37,550 nucleotides of DNA, taken from positions 1-37,550 of the forward strand of contig CAYYJP010000002.1 of assembly GCA_964472285.1 (NCBI GenBank), in the 5' to 3' direction. Below the pieces are notes generated by a model. The model saw nothing but the letters and a program-made list of their open reading frames with translations, did not search any database and was not told where the DNA came from. Of the stretch, positions 9,307-19,621 are shown piece after piece; within the stretch, counting starts at the first letter, position 1, and the number at the start of each line of letters is the position of its first letter. The DNA is from an uncultured Gammaproteobacteria bacterium (lineage in GTDB: Bacteria > Patescibacteriota > Microgenomatia > Levybacterales > UBA12049). Both the position numbers and the translations under genes were made by a program.

Positions 9307-9771
9307 ATGCCAACAAATTTCCTCTTTTTGTCTATCGCTGTTATTTTCGTTTGGCTTGTTACTTTATCCTTTTTCTTTGCAAGAATTTTATCCCACTATA
9401 ATAGGATTACTAAAGGAGTAAGTAATAAAAGTCTTAAGACAGTCTTGGAAGAACTGTTACAAGAAACAGAGATAAATAAAAAGGATATTGACTATTTAAA
9501 GCAGTATTCATTAAAATTGGAAAAGGATGGTTTTTTACACATCCAAAAAATTGGTCTTTTAAGGTTTAATCCTTTTAAAGATACAGGAGGAGATCAGAGC
9601 TTTATTCTTTCTTTAGTAGATAATCATAACACTGGAGTAATAATCTCAGCCCTCTATTCAAGATCCGGCACAAGATGGTATGCTAAAAGAGTCAAAGATG
9701 GAAAAGGAGTAGAAGTCGATTTATCCGAGGAAGAGAAAAAGGCTTTAAGTGAGTCACAAACTGCCAAATGA
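9307..9771 (+). CDS. DUF4446-like protein (N-terminal TM)
   Basis: The RFNPFKDTGGDQSFILSLVDNHNTGVIISALYSRSGTRWYAK block resembles DUF4446. Confidence 0.65.
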   Translation: MPTNFLFLSIAVIFVWLVTLSFFFARILSHYNRITKGVSNKSLKTVLEELLQETEINKKDIDYLKQYSLKLEKDGFLHIQKIGLLRFNPFKDTGGDQSFILSLVDNHNTGVIISALYSRSGTRWYAKRVKDGKGVEVDLSEEEKKALSESQTAK

Positions 9772-10943
9772 AAATAAAAAAGAATACATTACTATTTATA
9801 CTTAGCGCATTAGCCTTATATTTTCTTTCCGCTGGAGGTTCATATTTAATATTCTCGCAAACAATTGCAAAAAATCTTATGACCACACCTGTTCCTGCTC
9901 CAGTTGTTGGATCAAATGGACAAGTTGCATTTGATCAAACACTTCCAAAAACACAAGAATGTCCTCTAAATGGAGTTAAGTATTCAAAACAACAAGAGGC
10001 ATGGTGGCAAAAACATAGGCCACTTGGGGTTATGATAGAAAATCATGAAGAATCAAGGCCTCAATCAGGATTATCTGGTGCAGATGTTATTTATGAAGCA
10101 GTAGCAGAGGGTGGTATTACTAGATTTTTGTCCATTTTCTATTGTCAGGATGCAGGACAACTTGGTCCAGTAAGGTCTGCAAGAACTTATTATGTTGATT
10201 TTGCATCTGAGTATGGAGATTCACCTTTATATGCTCACGTTGGAGGGGCAAACCAACCAGGACCAGCAGATGCGCTGTCTCAACTAGATGACTACGGCTG
10301 GACGGGTTACAATGACTTAAATCAGTTCTCTATAGGGTTTCCTACCTTTTGGAGAGATTATGATAGATTAGGTAAAACTGTTGCCACAGAACATACAATG
10401 TATTCTTCAGTAAGTAAGCTTTTAACTTATGCTGCAAACAGTAGAAAGTTAACAGACGTAAACGAGGAAGGAGATGCTTGGGATGAAAAATTTGTTCAAT
10501 ATAAATTTAGGGATGATGCTCCAGCTTCTGAAAGAGGATCAAGTCAATCTATCCACTTAGCGTTCTGGGATAACCCACAATATGCAGTAGATTGGGCTTA
10601 TGATACAAAGACAAATGAATACAAAAGAAGTAACGGTGGAAAACCTCACACAGATTTAAATAATAAAAAACAACTTAGTGCAAAAAATGTAGTCATTTTG
10701 CTTATGAAAGAATCAAATGCAAATGATGGATATGAAAATAATGTTCATCTTTTGTACCAGACTAAAGGAAGCGGAAAAGCAGTTGTCTTAATGAATGGTA
10801 AAAGAGTTGATGCTAATTGGAAAAAAGCAAATAGGACTGCAAGAACAATTATTACAGATAGTAAAGGAAAAGAGATTGAATTTAATAGAGGGCTTATTTG
10901 GTTTGAAATTTTTGCAACAGATGGTGAGTTTAGTGTAAAGTAA
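9768..10943 (+). CDS. DUF3048 (YerB-like) secreted or lipoprotein
   Basis: ATGA overlap with the upstream gene. It has an N-terminal TM/signal segment, and RPQSGLSGADVIYEAVAEGGITRFLSIF is the characteristic DUF3048 core. Confidence 0.75.
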   Translation: MKIKKNTLLFILSALALYFLSAGGSYLIFSQTIAKNLMTTPVPAPVVGSNGQVAFDQTLPKTQECPLNGVKYSKQQEAWWQKHRPLGVMIENHEESRPQSGLSGADVIYEAVAEGGITRFLSIFYCQDAGQLGPVRSARTYYVDFASEYGDSPLYAHVGGANQPGPADALSQLDDYGWTGYNDLNQFSIGFPTFWRDYDRLGKTVATEHTMYSSVSKLLTYAANSRKLTDVNEEGDAWDEKFVQYKFRDDAPASERGSSQSIHLAFWDNPQYAVDWAYDTKTNEYKRSNGGKPHTDLNNKKQLSAKNVVILLMKESNANDGYENNVHLLYQTKGSGKAVVLMNGKRVDANWKKANRTARTIITDSKGKEIEFNRGLIWFEIFATDGEFSVK

Positions 10944-10956
10944 AGAACAAAATATA

Positions 10957-10985
10957 TTTACAATCCCCACTCTTTGTTGTATAGT
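10957..10985 (+). promoter_or_regulatory. Sigma70-like promoter (TTTACA-17-TATAGT)
   Basis: TTTACA at 10957-10962, a 17-nt spacer, then TATAGT at 10980-10985, upstream of the 11020 gene. Confidence 0.5.
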
Positions 10986-11019
10986 ATCCTCAAGGCTGCC
11001 TAACTAAAAAGAACAAGTT

Positions 11020-11592
11020 ATGTTTTCAGATTTAATTACATCAAAATCTCGGGTAAAACTTTTGAACGTTTTCTTAGCAAACTCTAGCGATATGTTCCAC
11101 GTAAGAGAATTAGTCAGAAGAACACATGATGAAATAAATGCAGTCAGAAGAGAACTATCCTTTTTAGAAAAAAAAGGAATTCTAAATAGAGAGCCAAGAG
11201 CAAACAGAGTTTATTATTCCCTTTCTAAAAGTTATCCATTCTACTATGATCTTCTTAAAATAGGTTCTAAAAATATTGGTCTTGGTGAACAAATCTTAAA
11301 AAATAAAGTAAAACTTGGTAAGATAAAGTATGCTATGTTTTCGGGAAGGTTTTTAAGAAAGATAAAAGACCAACCCGATGAAGTTGATTTATTAATAGTT
11401 GGAACTGTAGTTTTACCAGAACTTGCTTTGCTAGTTAGGGAAGAGGAAAAAAGACTTATTACAGAAATTAATTATACAGTTATGACAGACGAAGAATTTG
11501 ATTTTAGAAAGAAAAAAAGAGATCCATTTATACTATCAATCCTTTCAGGTTCAAGAGTGATGCTTATCGGTGACGAAGAGAGCATGTTGTAA
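11020..11592 (+). CDS. Winged-helix (ArsR-like) putative transcriptional regulator with an uncharacterised C-terminal domain
   Basis: The N-terminus SRVKLLNVFLANSSDMFHVRELVRRTHDEINAVRRELSFLEKKGIL resembles a wHTH. It lies directly upstream of secD. Confidence 0.5.
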   Translation: MFSDLITSKSRVKLLNVFLANSSDMFHVRELVRRTHDEINAVRRELSFLEKKGILNREPRANRVYYSLSKSYPFYYDLLKIGSKNIGLGEQILKNKVKLGKIKYAMFSGRFLRKIKDQPDEVDLLIVGTVVLPELALLVREEEKRLITEINYTVMTDEEFDFRKKKRDPFILSILSGSRVMLIGDEESML

Positions 11593-12888
11593 ATGAGAAA
11601 CAATCCTCGCTACTTAGTGTGGCTAATTATTGGTTTTACAATTTTGGCGGTTTTTATTAACTTGCCTAAAATTGGTAATTTTGATCCCAATATTATTTTT
11701 CAAAAACTAAACATTCCTCAGGAATTAACTTTTAGAAAAGGCTTGGATTTGGAAGGTGGAACAAGCCTTATTTTACAAGCTGATATGTCTGACTTATCAG
11801 AAACACAAAAAACTTCGGCTTTAGAAAGTGCAAAAGTTGTTATTGATAGAAGAGTAAACTTATTTGGAGTATCAGAACCAATTGTTCAAACATCTGTTAC
11901 AGGAAATGACTACAGAATTATCGTTGAGCTTCCTGGGCTTACGGATACAAACAAGGTTAAAGAGTTGATTGGTACAACAGCTCAGCTTACATTTTGGGAA
12001 CAAGATGCAAGTTCATCTGCAAAGACAGCAAGTTCATCTGCAGAGCTAGGATTTAAACAAACAGATTTAACAGGAGCAGATATTAAGCAAACTACTGTTT
12101 CTTTTGATTCAAATACAGGAAAACCTCAGGTTCAACTTCAATTTACATCAGAAGGAACTAAGAAGTTTGCTGATATTACAAAAAGAAACGTTGGTAAGCC
12201 AGTCGCAATTGTTTTAGATAATCAACTAATAGAACAACCAACAGTCCAGCAGGCAATATTAACAGGAGATGCAGTAATAACTGGAAATTTCACTATTGAA
12301 ACAGCAAATCAACTAAGTACTCAGTTAAACGCAGGAGCACTTCCGGTTCCACTTAAAATCTTATCAAGTAGCGTTATTGAGCCAACTTTGGGAACAGCAT
12401 CTTTGGAAAAGAGTCTTTTTGCTGGAATTATAGGTTTTATCATAATTGTAGTTTTTATGTGTGTTTTGTATGGAAAGCTTGGTCTTATTGCAAGTCTTGC
12501 CCTTATCTTATATACGCTTTTTAACCTTGCTATTTTTAAGTTAAGTTCTATTACTCCATATGGAATAACTTTAACCCTTTCAGGAATAGCAGGGTTTATT
12601 CTTTCAATTGGAATGGCTGTTGATGCAAACATTTTAATTTTTGAAAGAATGAAAGAGGAATTAAGAGATGGTAAATCAATTCATACTGCAATTGAACTTG
12701 GTTTTTCCAGAGCTTGGACATCAATCAGGGATTCAAATATCTCAACTCTTATAACCAGTTTTGTTTTATACTCTTTTGGTACAGGCATAGTTAAAGGTTT
12801 TGCCCTAGTTTTGGCAATTGGAGTTTTAGTCTCAATGTTTTCAGCAATTGTTGTTACAAGAACATTTTTAAGATTAGTTTATAAATAA
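11593..12888 (+). CDS. secD: Protein translocase subunit SecD
   Basis: GLDLEGG, RVNLFGVSEP, a periplasmic domain, and a C-terminal 5-TM block with AGFILSIGMAVDANILIFERMKEE. Confidence 0.9.
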   Translation: MRNNPRYLVWLIIGFTILAVFINLPKIGNFDPNIIFQKLNIPQELTFRKGLDLEGGTSLILQADMSDLSETQKTSALESAKVVIDRRVNLFGVSEPIVQTSVTGNDYRIIVELPGLTDTNKVKELIGTTAQLTFWEQDASSSAKTASSSAELGFKQTDLTGADIKQTTVSFDSNTGKPQVQLQFTSEGTKKFADITKRNVGKPVAIVLDNQLIEQPTVQQAILTGDAVITGNFTIETANQLSTQLNAGALPVPLKILSSSVIEPTLGTASLEKSLFAGIIGFIIIVVFMCVLYGKLGLIASLALILYTLFNLAIFKLSSITPYGITLTLSGIAGFILSIGMAVDANILIFERMKEELRDGKSIHTAIELGFSRAWTSIRDSNISTLITSFVLYSFGTGIVKGFALVLAIGVLVSMFSAIVVTRTFLRLVYK

Positions 12889-12890
12889 GT

Positions 12891-13793
12891 ATGAATATAA
12901 TCGGTAAAAAATATTGGTATTTTATAATTTCAACAATAGTTATAATTCCTGGAATTATTTCCTTATTCCTATTTGGATTAAATATGTCAATCGAGTTTAC
13001 TGGAGGAAGTAGACTTACTTTAACATTTGAAAAAAATGTTACCGATCAACAAATTAAAGGAATAAAAGATGTCTTTAATGAAAAGAAAATAAAAATATCA
13101 ACCGTAGAAAGATCTCAAAAGGATGTTTTTATAAGAACGAGTCCAATAACAGAAGAGGAAGATACGTTTCTTATTGAAGATCTTAAGATAAGAGTAGGAG
13201 AGTTTAAGCAATCACAATATGAAACAGTTGGTCCAACAATAGGAGGAGAGACTACTTTAAATGCACTAAAAGCCTTAGGTATTTCATCTCTATTAATTGT
13301 TTTATATATTACTTGGTCATTTAGAAAAGTACCAAAACCAACGAGTAGTTTTAGGTTTGGAATTGCAGCAATCATTGCCTTAATTCATGATGCCCTACTT
13401 TTACTTGGTGTATTTTCACTTTTAGGACACTTTTTAGGAGTTGAGATAGATAGCTTATTTGTAACAGCAGTTCTTACCGTAATTGGTTTTTCAGTTCATG
13501 ACACAATTGTTGTATTTGATAGGATTAGAGAAAATCTTAAAAGAGTTGGAGGCGCTGATTTTGAGCAAACAGTCAATGACTCAATACTACAAACACTAGA
13601 TAGATCTTTTAATACATCCTTAACTGTAGTTTTGGTTTTAGTATCGCTTCTTTTATTTGGAGGAGAAAGTATTAGATGGTTTGTTGTAGCACTTCTTATT
13701 GGAGTAATTTCAGGAACATATTCTTCAATATTTAACGCAGCTCCAATATTAGTTGTTTGGCAAGAGTTAGTAGATAGAGGAACTAAGAAGTAA
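12891..13793 (+). CDS. secF: Protein translocase subunit SecF
   Basis: IEFTGGS, IALIHDALLLLG, and GFSVHDTIVVFDRIREN, located immediately after secD. Confidence 0.9.
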   Translation: MNIIGKKYWYFIISTIVIIPGIISLFLFGLNMSIEFTGGSRLTLTFEKNVTDQQIKGIKDVFNEKKIKISTVERSQKDVFIRTSPITEEEDTFLIEDLKIRVGEFKQSQYETVGPTIGGETTLNALKALGISSLLIVLYITWSFRKVPKPTSSFRFGIAAIIALIHDALLLLGVFSLLGHFLGVEIDSLFVTAVLTVIGFSVHDTIVVFDRIRENLKRVGGADFEQTVNDSILQTLDRSFNTSLTVVLVLVSLLLFGGESIRWFVVALLIGVISGTYSSIFNAAPILVVWQELVDRGTKK

Positions 13794-14235
13794 GTGCTTG
13801 TTTTACTAAGTTACTAACTAAGCTTGCGTCTGCTTTTCCTTTTACTTTTGGCATTAATGTTCCCATAACTTTTCCCATATCTTGGATTGTTGTAGCACCT
13901 GTTTGGGAAACAGCTTCTTCTACTAGTTTTTTCACTTCTTCTTCACCCATTTGTTCAGGCATATAGGTTAGTAATATATCGAGTTCTTGTTGTTCTTTTT
14001 GGGAAAGTTCTGGGCGATTTGCCTTGTTATATTCTTGTATTGAATCTCTTCTTTGTTTTACCTGTGATCCAATTGCTGAGAGAACATCTTCTTCTGTAGC
14101 GCTATATCCAGCTCCTCCCTTTTGGATTTCATAATAATTGATTGCTGAGATAAGCATTCTTAAAACAGAAGTTTTAAGTTCATTCTTAGCTAACATTGAT
14201 TGTTTTAGTTCTTCTTGTAAATTAGCTTTAGTCAT
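13783..14235 (-). CDS. yqeY: GatB/YqeY domain protein
   Basis: MTKANLQEELKQSMLAKNELKTSVLRMLISAINYYEI...KQRRDSIQEY...ELDIL..YMP is the YqeY pattern. I use the internal ATG at 14235, because the longer track ORF would overlap the upstream ABC gene. Confidence 0.8.
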   Translation of the reverse strand: MTKANLQEELKQSMLAKNELKTSVLRMLISAINYYEIQKGGAGYSATEEDVLSAIGSQVKQRRDSIQEYNKANRPELSQKEQQELDILLTYMPEQMGEEEVKKLVEEAVSQTGATTIQDMGKVMGTLMPKVKGKADASLVSNLVKQALTS

Positions 14236-14254
14236 ATTTGGATTATAGCATATG

Positions 14255-16033
14255 TTAATTATCAATAATAAATCCTTTAACTTGATGGTCCCACATGTTT
14301 CTAAAGATTCCATTTGGAATTTTTAATAAATCTTCAGGAACGCCATCTTCAACAATTTTTCCATCTTTAATTATTACAATTCTATCCATCTTTTTAAGCG
14401 TTGATAATCTGTGGGCTATGGCAATAACTGTTTTATCTTTCATTAAGCTTTCTAATGAATCCTGAATTGCGCTTTCACTTTCACTGTCTAAACTACTAGT
14501 TGCTTCATCAAGAATTAAAATAGGTGAGTTTTTAACAAAAGCTCTTGCGATTGCAATTCTTTGACGTTGTCCTCCAGATAATTTTACCCCTCTTTCCCCA
14601 ACTGTTGTTTCGTATCCTTCAGGAAGATTTTTTATAAAACTATCCGCCTGAGCTAATTTTGCCGCATGATATACATCCTCATTTGTCGCGTCTGGATTAC
14701 TATATTTTATATTTTCAAGAATAGTTCTATGGAATAGGCTGGTATCTTGTGGAACAAAGGCGATTGCACGACGTAAGCTTTCTAGTTTTACATCTGTAAT
14801 ACTAGTTCCATCAATTCTTATTTCGCCTTTTTGGACATCAAAGTGTCTAAGCAAAAGTGATACTAATGTTGTTTTTCCAGCCCCACTTCTTCCAATAAAA
14901 CCAATTTTTTGTCCAGCTGGAATAGTAACGGAAAAATTATTAAATACTTTTGTATTTTCATAATTAAAATCAATAGAGTCGATTGTTATAGCTCCTTTAG
15001 GAAAAACAAAATCTATTGCTTTAGGATTATCGACAATTAAATGTTCGCTTAATATTTCTTCTAAGCCTTCCCTTGCTTCTCCAAAATATTTTGTTGTTGT
15101 TTTTATCTCCATTCCTATGAAAAGCAGTTGTGCGGTAAGTTCGCCCACAATTGCTACAACCATGACAACAGCGCCAATAGTGATTAATTTATTTTGGAAT
15201 AAATATATAGCTGTTCCAATCATGAGTGAAGTAAAAATAAAGATTAAAATATTGTTGGTCAAAAGCATCCACTCGCTTAATTGCCATTCCGAAAGACCTT
15301 TGTTTTTTTGTTTTAAAATAAATTTATTTATATATTCTCTTTCTCTATTTAGAAAAGCATTTTCATGAACCAAAGAGATATTAGATAGAGAATCGACAAT
15401 TCTACCTTTTAGAGTAGAAAGAGATTTAGCAAATTCGTATGACTTAGGCTGAATCTTTCTTGCAAATAGAAAATTTGTACTTAAAAAAACAGTTGACCAG
15501 ATTAGGATGATTATTCCTAAGATCGGACTACTTGTCCAAGCAAAAATTACGTACCAAAAGAGACCAACTACTAAGGGAATAAAATGCCAGAGTATATTTT
15601 CAAATACGCTTTCTGTTCCATCAACAGCATTACTAATTTTATTTGCTAAAGCACCTGCAAAGCGATTATTAAAGTAATCTTTACTATGAAGACTAATGTA
15701 TCCATATAAAGCTTGGTATGCGGTTAATCTAAAGTTCATAAACCATCTCATTCCAGTAAATCCACTCATTCTCCATGACATGCCTGAACAAAGATCAAGT
15801 AATGGATAGGCAATAGTCCAAAACCAAATTAATTGAAAATTTAAATCTTGGCTGGCAATAGAATCTGTAAGATTTCTAAGCAAAACAACACTAAATCTAT
15901 TTAATGCGGTTGCTACTAACACAAAAAACAATGCGACAATAACCCATTTTAAATGGGGTAATGATGCAAAAATACCAAACGAAAATGGTTTTTTAGGAAT
16001 CTTCTTAAACATATTTTTTAACAGATTAGGCAA
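14255..16033 (-). CDS. ABC exporter, fused permease and ATPase (MsbA/ABCB-like)
   Basis: Six-TM N-terminal half, Walker A GRSGAGKTT, signature LSGGQRQR, Walker B ILILDEATS, and an H-loop AHRL. Confidence 0.9.
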   Translation of the reverse strand: MPNLLKNMFKKIPKKPFSFGIFASLPHLKWVIVALFFVLVATALNRFSVVLLRNLTDSIASQDLNFQLIWFWTIAYPLLDLCSGMSWRMSGFTGMRWFMNFRLTAYQALYGYISLHSKDYFNNRFAGALANKISNAVDGTESVFENILWHFIPLVVGLFWYVIFAWTSSPILGIIILIWSTVFLSTNFLFARKIQPKSYEFAKSLSTLKGRIVDSLSNISLVHENAFLNREREYINKFILKQKNKGLSEWQLSEWMLLTNNILIFIFTSLMIGTAIYLFQNKLITIGAVVMVVAIVGELTAQLLFIGMEIKTTTKYFGEAREGLEEILSEHLIVDNPKAIDFVFPKGAITIDSIDFNYENTKVFNNFSVTIPAGQKIGFIGRSGAGKTTLVSLLLRHFDVQKGEIRIDGTSITDVKLESLRRAIAFVPQDTSLFHRTILENIKYSNPDATNEDVYHAAKLAQADSFIKNLPEGYETTVGERGVKLSGGQRQRIAIARAFVKNSPILILDEATSSLDSESESAIQDSLESLMKDKTVIAIAHRLSTLKKMDRIVIIKDGKIVEDGVPEDLLKIPNGIFRNMWDHQVKGFIIDN

Positions 16034-17381
16034 GATCCTTTATGCGGTCGAGGAGATATTCTTTTTTATTTTTTGATAAATCTTCATCTACCTCTTCAAA
16101 TAATTTCTGTAATATGTCCCCGATTTTGGGACCTGGTTTTATCTGTAGTAATTTCATTATATCATTTCCGTTTATTTTTAAATCATTTATTGAAAAAGGA
16201 GCAGGTTTAAGCTGGCCTTCAACTTTTTCTTTAAATAGTTTTAGTCTCCAGCTTTCTGCAGTTTGAGTTCCTCCGCCAAGTCTATCTCCAACTCTTAAGT
16301 CCATCATATCTTTTACATTTTCTACTCCAATTCTTCTAATAAATCTCCTAACTCCAGCATCTGTTAAGTTTTCATTAACGCTAAACATATGCCAGCGGAT
16401 TAGTGTTACGACTTTTTCTTTATCTTTTTTAGAAAACTTGAGTCTTTCGCAAATCTCATATGCAATTTGCGCACCGACAACTTCGTGATTGTGGAAAATT
16501 ACTAAACCTTCTTTATCTTTAGACAATGATTTTGGTTTTCCAATATCATGGATTAGTGTTGCAAATTTAACAATTTTGTCTTTAGAAGGACAGTATTTCA
16601 AAGAAAGAACGTTATGGGTAAAAACATCTTCTGTGTGATGCCTGCCAGGTCTTTTTTGAGAAACATCAACTCCATCTAAAAGTTCAGGGAGTATATATTT
16701 CAAAAGCCCACTTTTATACAAAAGCATAATGCCATCATATGCATTTTCATTTTTTAGAATTCTGAGTAGTTCTGCCTGTACTCTTTCTTTTGAAATGTGT
16801 TCTAAAAGCAAAGCATCTTCTATAATCTTTTCCCAAGTATTTTTTTCTATTTTAAATTCAAGTTCAGTTGCTATTCTTATTGCTCTAAGAAGTCTTAGAG
16901 CATCTTCTTTAAATCTTTGATTTGGATCTCCTACTGCTTTTAATACTTTTTTCTTTAAATCTTTTTCTCCAAAGTAAGGATCAATCATCTCAAAAGAGTT
17001 TGATTTACCAACTAATCTTAAGGCAATAGCATTAATTGTAAAATCTCTTCTGGCTAGATCTTCTTCAATTGTTTTACCCCATGCAACACGATCTGGTTTA
17101 TGAGTTGGATTGGTGCTTTTTTCAGTTCTAAAGGTTGTTACTTCTGCGACCTTTTTCTCCTCACCAATTTTGTAGGGAATACCAACTGTTCCAAAGTCAT
17201 TATCATAAAATCCATTTGGGAAAATTTTTAATATTTCCTCTGGTGTAGCATTTGTAGTTAAATCCCAGTCTTTAACATCTCTTTTTAAAAGTAAGTTTCT
17301 AACACTTCCCCCTACAAAAAAAACTTCAAAGCTAGAAGCTTCTATTTTTTTGTATATAACTAAAACTTCTTCTGGAATCAT
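16026..17381 (-). CDS. cca: CCA-adding tRNA nucleotidyltransferase with an HD domain
   Basis: GGSVRNLLL..DWDLTT, RTE..., DF TINA, and an HD domain (HDIGK). The ATG at 17381 has a GAAGG SD-like element upstream. The track start at 17408 is a TTG. Confidence 0.85.
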   Translation of the reverse strand: MIPEEVLVIYKKIEASSFEVFFVGGSVRNLLLKRDVKDWDLTTNATPEEILKIFPNGFYDNDFGTVGIPYKIGEEKKVAEVTTFRTEKSTNPTHKPDRVAWGKTIEEDLARRDFTINAIALRLVGKSNSFEMIDPYFGEKDLKKKVLKAVGDPNQRFKEDALRLLRAIRIATELEFKIEKNTWEKIIEDALLLEHISKERVQAELLRILKNENAYDGIMLLYKSGLLKYILPELLDGVDVSQKRPGRHHTEDVFTHNVLSLKYCPSKDKIVKFATLIHDIGKPKSLSKDKEGLVIFHNHEVVGAQIAYEICERLKFSKKDKEKVVTLIRWHMFSVNENLTDAGVRRFIRRIGVENVKDMMDLRVGDRLGGGTQTAESWRLKLFKEKVEGQLKPAPFSINDLKINGNDIMKLLQIKPGPKIGDILQKLFEEVDEDLSKNKKEYLLDRIKDLA

Positions 17382-17430
17382 TTTTGCCTTCTTGGTATAG
17401 TATAGCAAAGTAGAAAGATAAAAAGAATTT

Positions 17431-19068
17431 ATGAAAAGATGGAATATATTAAAAAGAACAGATAAATTAACGCAGGAAAAACTATTAACAATTCTTTTAG
17501 AAAATAGGTCAGTTACTACAAAACTTCAGAAAGAAAAGTTTTTAACTCCAAAGCTTTCAGATGTAACAGTAGAAAGCGTAAAAATTGATAAGCTAGAGCT
17601 TAAAAAAACAGTTGAAAGAATAAAAAAAGCAATTTCAAATAAAAAACAAATTATCGTTTTTGGAGATTATGATGTAGATGGAATTTGTGGGTCTGCAATA
17701 CTTTGGGAAACATTAAACGATTTGGGAGCAAATGTTTTGCCATATATACCAAGTAGATTTGAAGAAGGCTACGGCCTTTCTATTAAAGGAATAGATAATT
17801 TATTAAAGGAAAATAAAGAAGTTGATTTAATAATAACCGTTGATAACGGTATTGTCGCAAACGAAGCTGTAGATTATGCAACTTCAAAGGGAATAGATGT
17901 AATTATTACTGATCATCATGCTCCATCAGATAATAAACCAAAAGCTTTTTCTATAGTTCATACAACACTTCTTTGTGGAACAGGCGTTGCATACCTACTT
18001 TCTAAAAGCTTTAAGAAAAAAGATGAAGATAATCATCTTGAGCTCGTAGTTTTAGCAACGATTGCAGATTTGGTTCCTTTAACTAATGCTAATAGAGTAT
18101 TGGTTCACTTTGGCTTAGAAGTATTAAAGAAAACAGAAAGGGTAGGACTTCTTGCCCTTTTTAATAGTGCTGGAATAGATAGAAAAGAAGTTGATGTTTA
18201 TGAGATAGGACATGTTATTGCCCCAAGGCTAAATGCAATGGGAAGACTAGAAAGCGCAATGGATTCACTAAGACTAATTTGTACAAACAATAGTAAAAGG
18301 GCAGCTATCTTAGCCAAAGCTCTTTCTGATACAAATCTTCAAAGGCAGCAATTTACAACAAAAGCACTAATGCATGCAAAAGCCAAAGCTAAAGAAAAGC
18401 TTGTTAACAACCTCTTATTTATTGCAGATGAATCATATCAACAAGGAGTAATTGGTCTTGTTGCAGGTAGGTTAGTTGAAGAGTTTTATCTTCCTTCCAT
18501 AGTTATTTCTAAAGGTAAGACTTTTAGTAAGGCATCTGTGAGGTCGGTTAAGGGATTTAATATTATTGAATTTTTAAGACAAGCTTCAGATTTACTCGTT
18601 GATGTTGGTGGTCACCCTATGGCTGCAGGATTTACAGTTGAAACTCAAAAATTAGACCAATTAGAAGAAAAACTCTATGAGCTTTCTGCAAAACTTCTAA
18701 AGAAAGATCACTTAGAAAGAGTATTAAATATCGATTTAGAAATACCAAGTGATTTTATTAGTTTTAAAACTTATGACTTAATATCTAAACTTAAGCCTTT
18801 TGGAATGGCAAATCCTGAACCAACCTTTATTACAAAAAATTTAAGAGTTGAAGCTTTAAAAATTATTGGAAAAGACGGAAAACATCTTAAGTTAAGTTTA
18901 AAACCAAAAGATTCTAGTTTTTGGATTGACGCAATTGCTTTTGGAATGGGTGAATTAAATGCAATTGAAATAGGCGATGAGATTGAAGTAGCTTATACAC
19001 TTGATTTAAATGAGTGGAATGGAAATAAAAAATTGCAGCTTAAAGTTAAAGATATTAAAAAGAACTAA
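17431..19068 (+). CDS. recJ: Single-stranded-DNA-specific exonuclease RecJ
   Basis: DHH motifs (VFGDYDVDGI, ITVDNG, ITDHH) and a DHHA1 domain (GGHPMAAG). Confidence 0.9.
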   Translation: MKRWNILKRTDKLTQEKLLTILLENRSVTTKLQKEKFLTPKLSDVTVESVKIDKLELKKTVERIKKAISNKKQIIVFGDYDVDGICGSAILWETLNDLGANVLPYIPSRFEEGYGLSIKGIDNLLKENKEVDLIITVDNGIVANEAVDYATSKGIDVIITDHHAPSDNKPKAFSIVHTTLLCGTGVAYLLSKSFKKKDEDNHLELVVLATIADLVPLTNANRVLVHFGLEVLKKTERVGLLALFNSAGIDRKEVDVYEIGHVIAPRLNAMGRLESAMDSLRLICTNNSKRAAILAKALSDTNLQRQQFTTKALMHAKAKAKEKLVNNLLFIADESYQQGVIGLVAGRLVEEFYLPSIVISKGKTFSKASVRSVKGFNIIEFLRQASDLLVDVGGHPMAAGFTVETQKLDQLEEKLYELSAKLLKKDHLERVLNIDLEIPSDFISFKTYDLISKLKPFGMANPEPTFITKNLRVEALKIIGKDGKHLKLSLKPKDSSFWIDAIAFGMGELNAIEIGDEIEVAYTLDLNEWNGNKKLQLKVKDIKKN

Positions 19069-19070
19069 TC

Positions 19071-19445
19071 TTATCTTCCTATATTTCTACTACTATGTCT
19101 TCCTGGGCCCATTGGTCTTCCAGCACTAAGTGATCTTCTTGCCCATGGTTGTCCTTCTGTAGTACTAACTCTTATTGCAGTATGCATTATTGGTCCAATT
19201 TCATGCTGAATTACTCCTGTTGTTTGCTTTGGTGTTCCATTACCTAGGCCATTTGGCTTTGGTGTTTGTCTTGTTTCTCCTAATGCTCTTCTATATACAA
19301 ATAAAACACCATCTTTTAAGACAGTTAAGCATGCAGGGATTTTGCCTACTTCTTCAGGCTTTACTCTTCTTAAGGATTTAAAATCTCGTTGTGTAAGATC
19401 TATGCTTGTAATATCTGGTTTTTTGCCTGTTTCAAGTGGTTTCAT
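19071..19445 (-). CDS. Hypothetical 124-aa protein with a Pro/Gly/Arg-rich C-terminal half
   Basis: ORF starting at ATG 19445 (MKPLETGKK...). The longer track version starts at a TTG. No family recognised. It is locally more GC-rich than its neighbours. Confidence 0.45.
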   Translation of the reverse strand: MKPLETGKKPDITSIDLTQRDFKSLRRVKPEEVGKIPACLTVLKDGVLFVYRRALGETRQTPKPNGLGNGTPKQTTGVIQHEIGPIMHTAIRVSTTEGQPWARRSLSAGRPMGPGRHSSRNIGR

Positions 19446-19582
19446 AATTTTGCAATAAAAAACTTCCTTTTTGGAGCGCACTAAATTGGCCTCCAATACG
19501 GAAGTTACTTAATATTAAATCTGGAATAAAATAATTCAAAAATCATACTCACAATGTCAAATCGTATCATTGTTACTATAAC

Positions 19583-19612
19583 TTGTCAAGGACACTGGTC
19601 AAGTGGTATCAT
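19583..19612 (+). promoter_or_regulatory. Promoter TTGTCA-18-(TGg)TATCAT for aspS
   Basis: TTGTCA at 19583-19588 and an extended -10 TGGTATCAT at 19604-19612, with the ATG 9 nt downstream at 19622. The track ORF's TTG start is the -35 box itself. Confidence 0.5.
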
Positions 19613-19621
19613 TTAGAAGTT

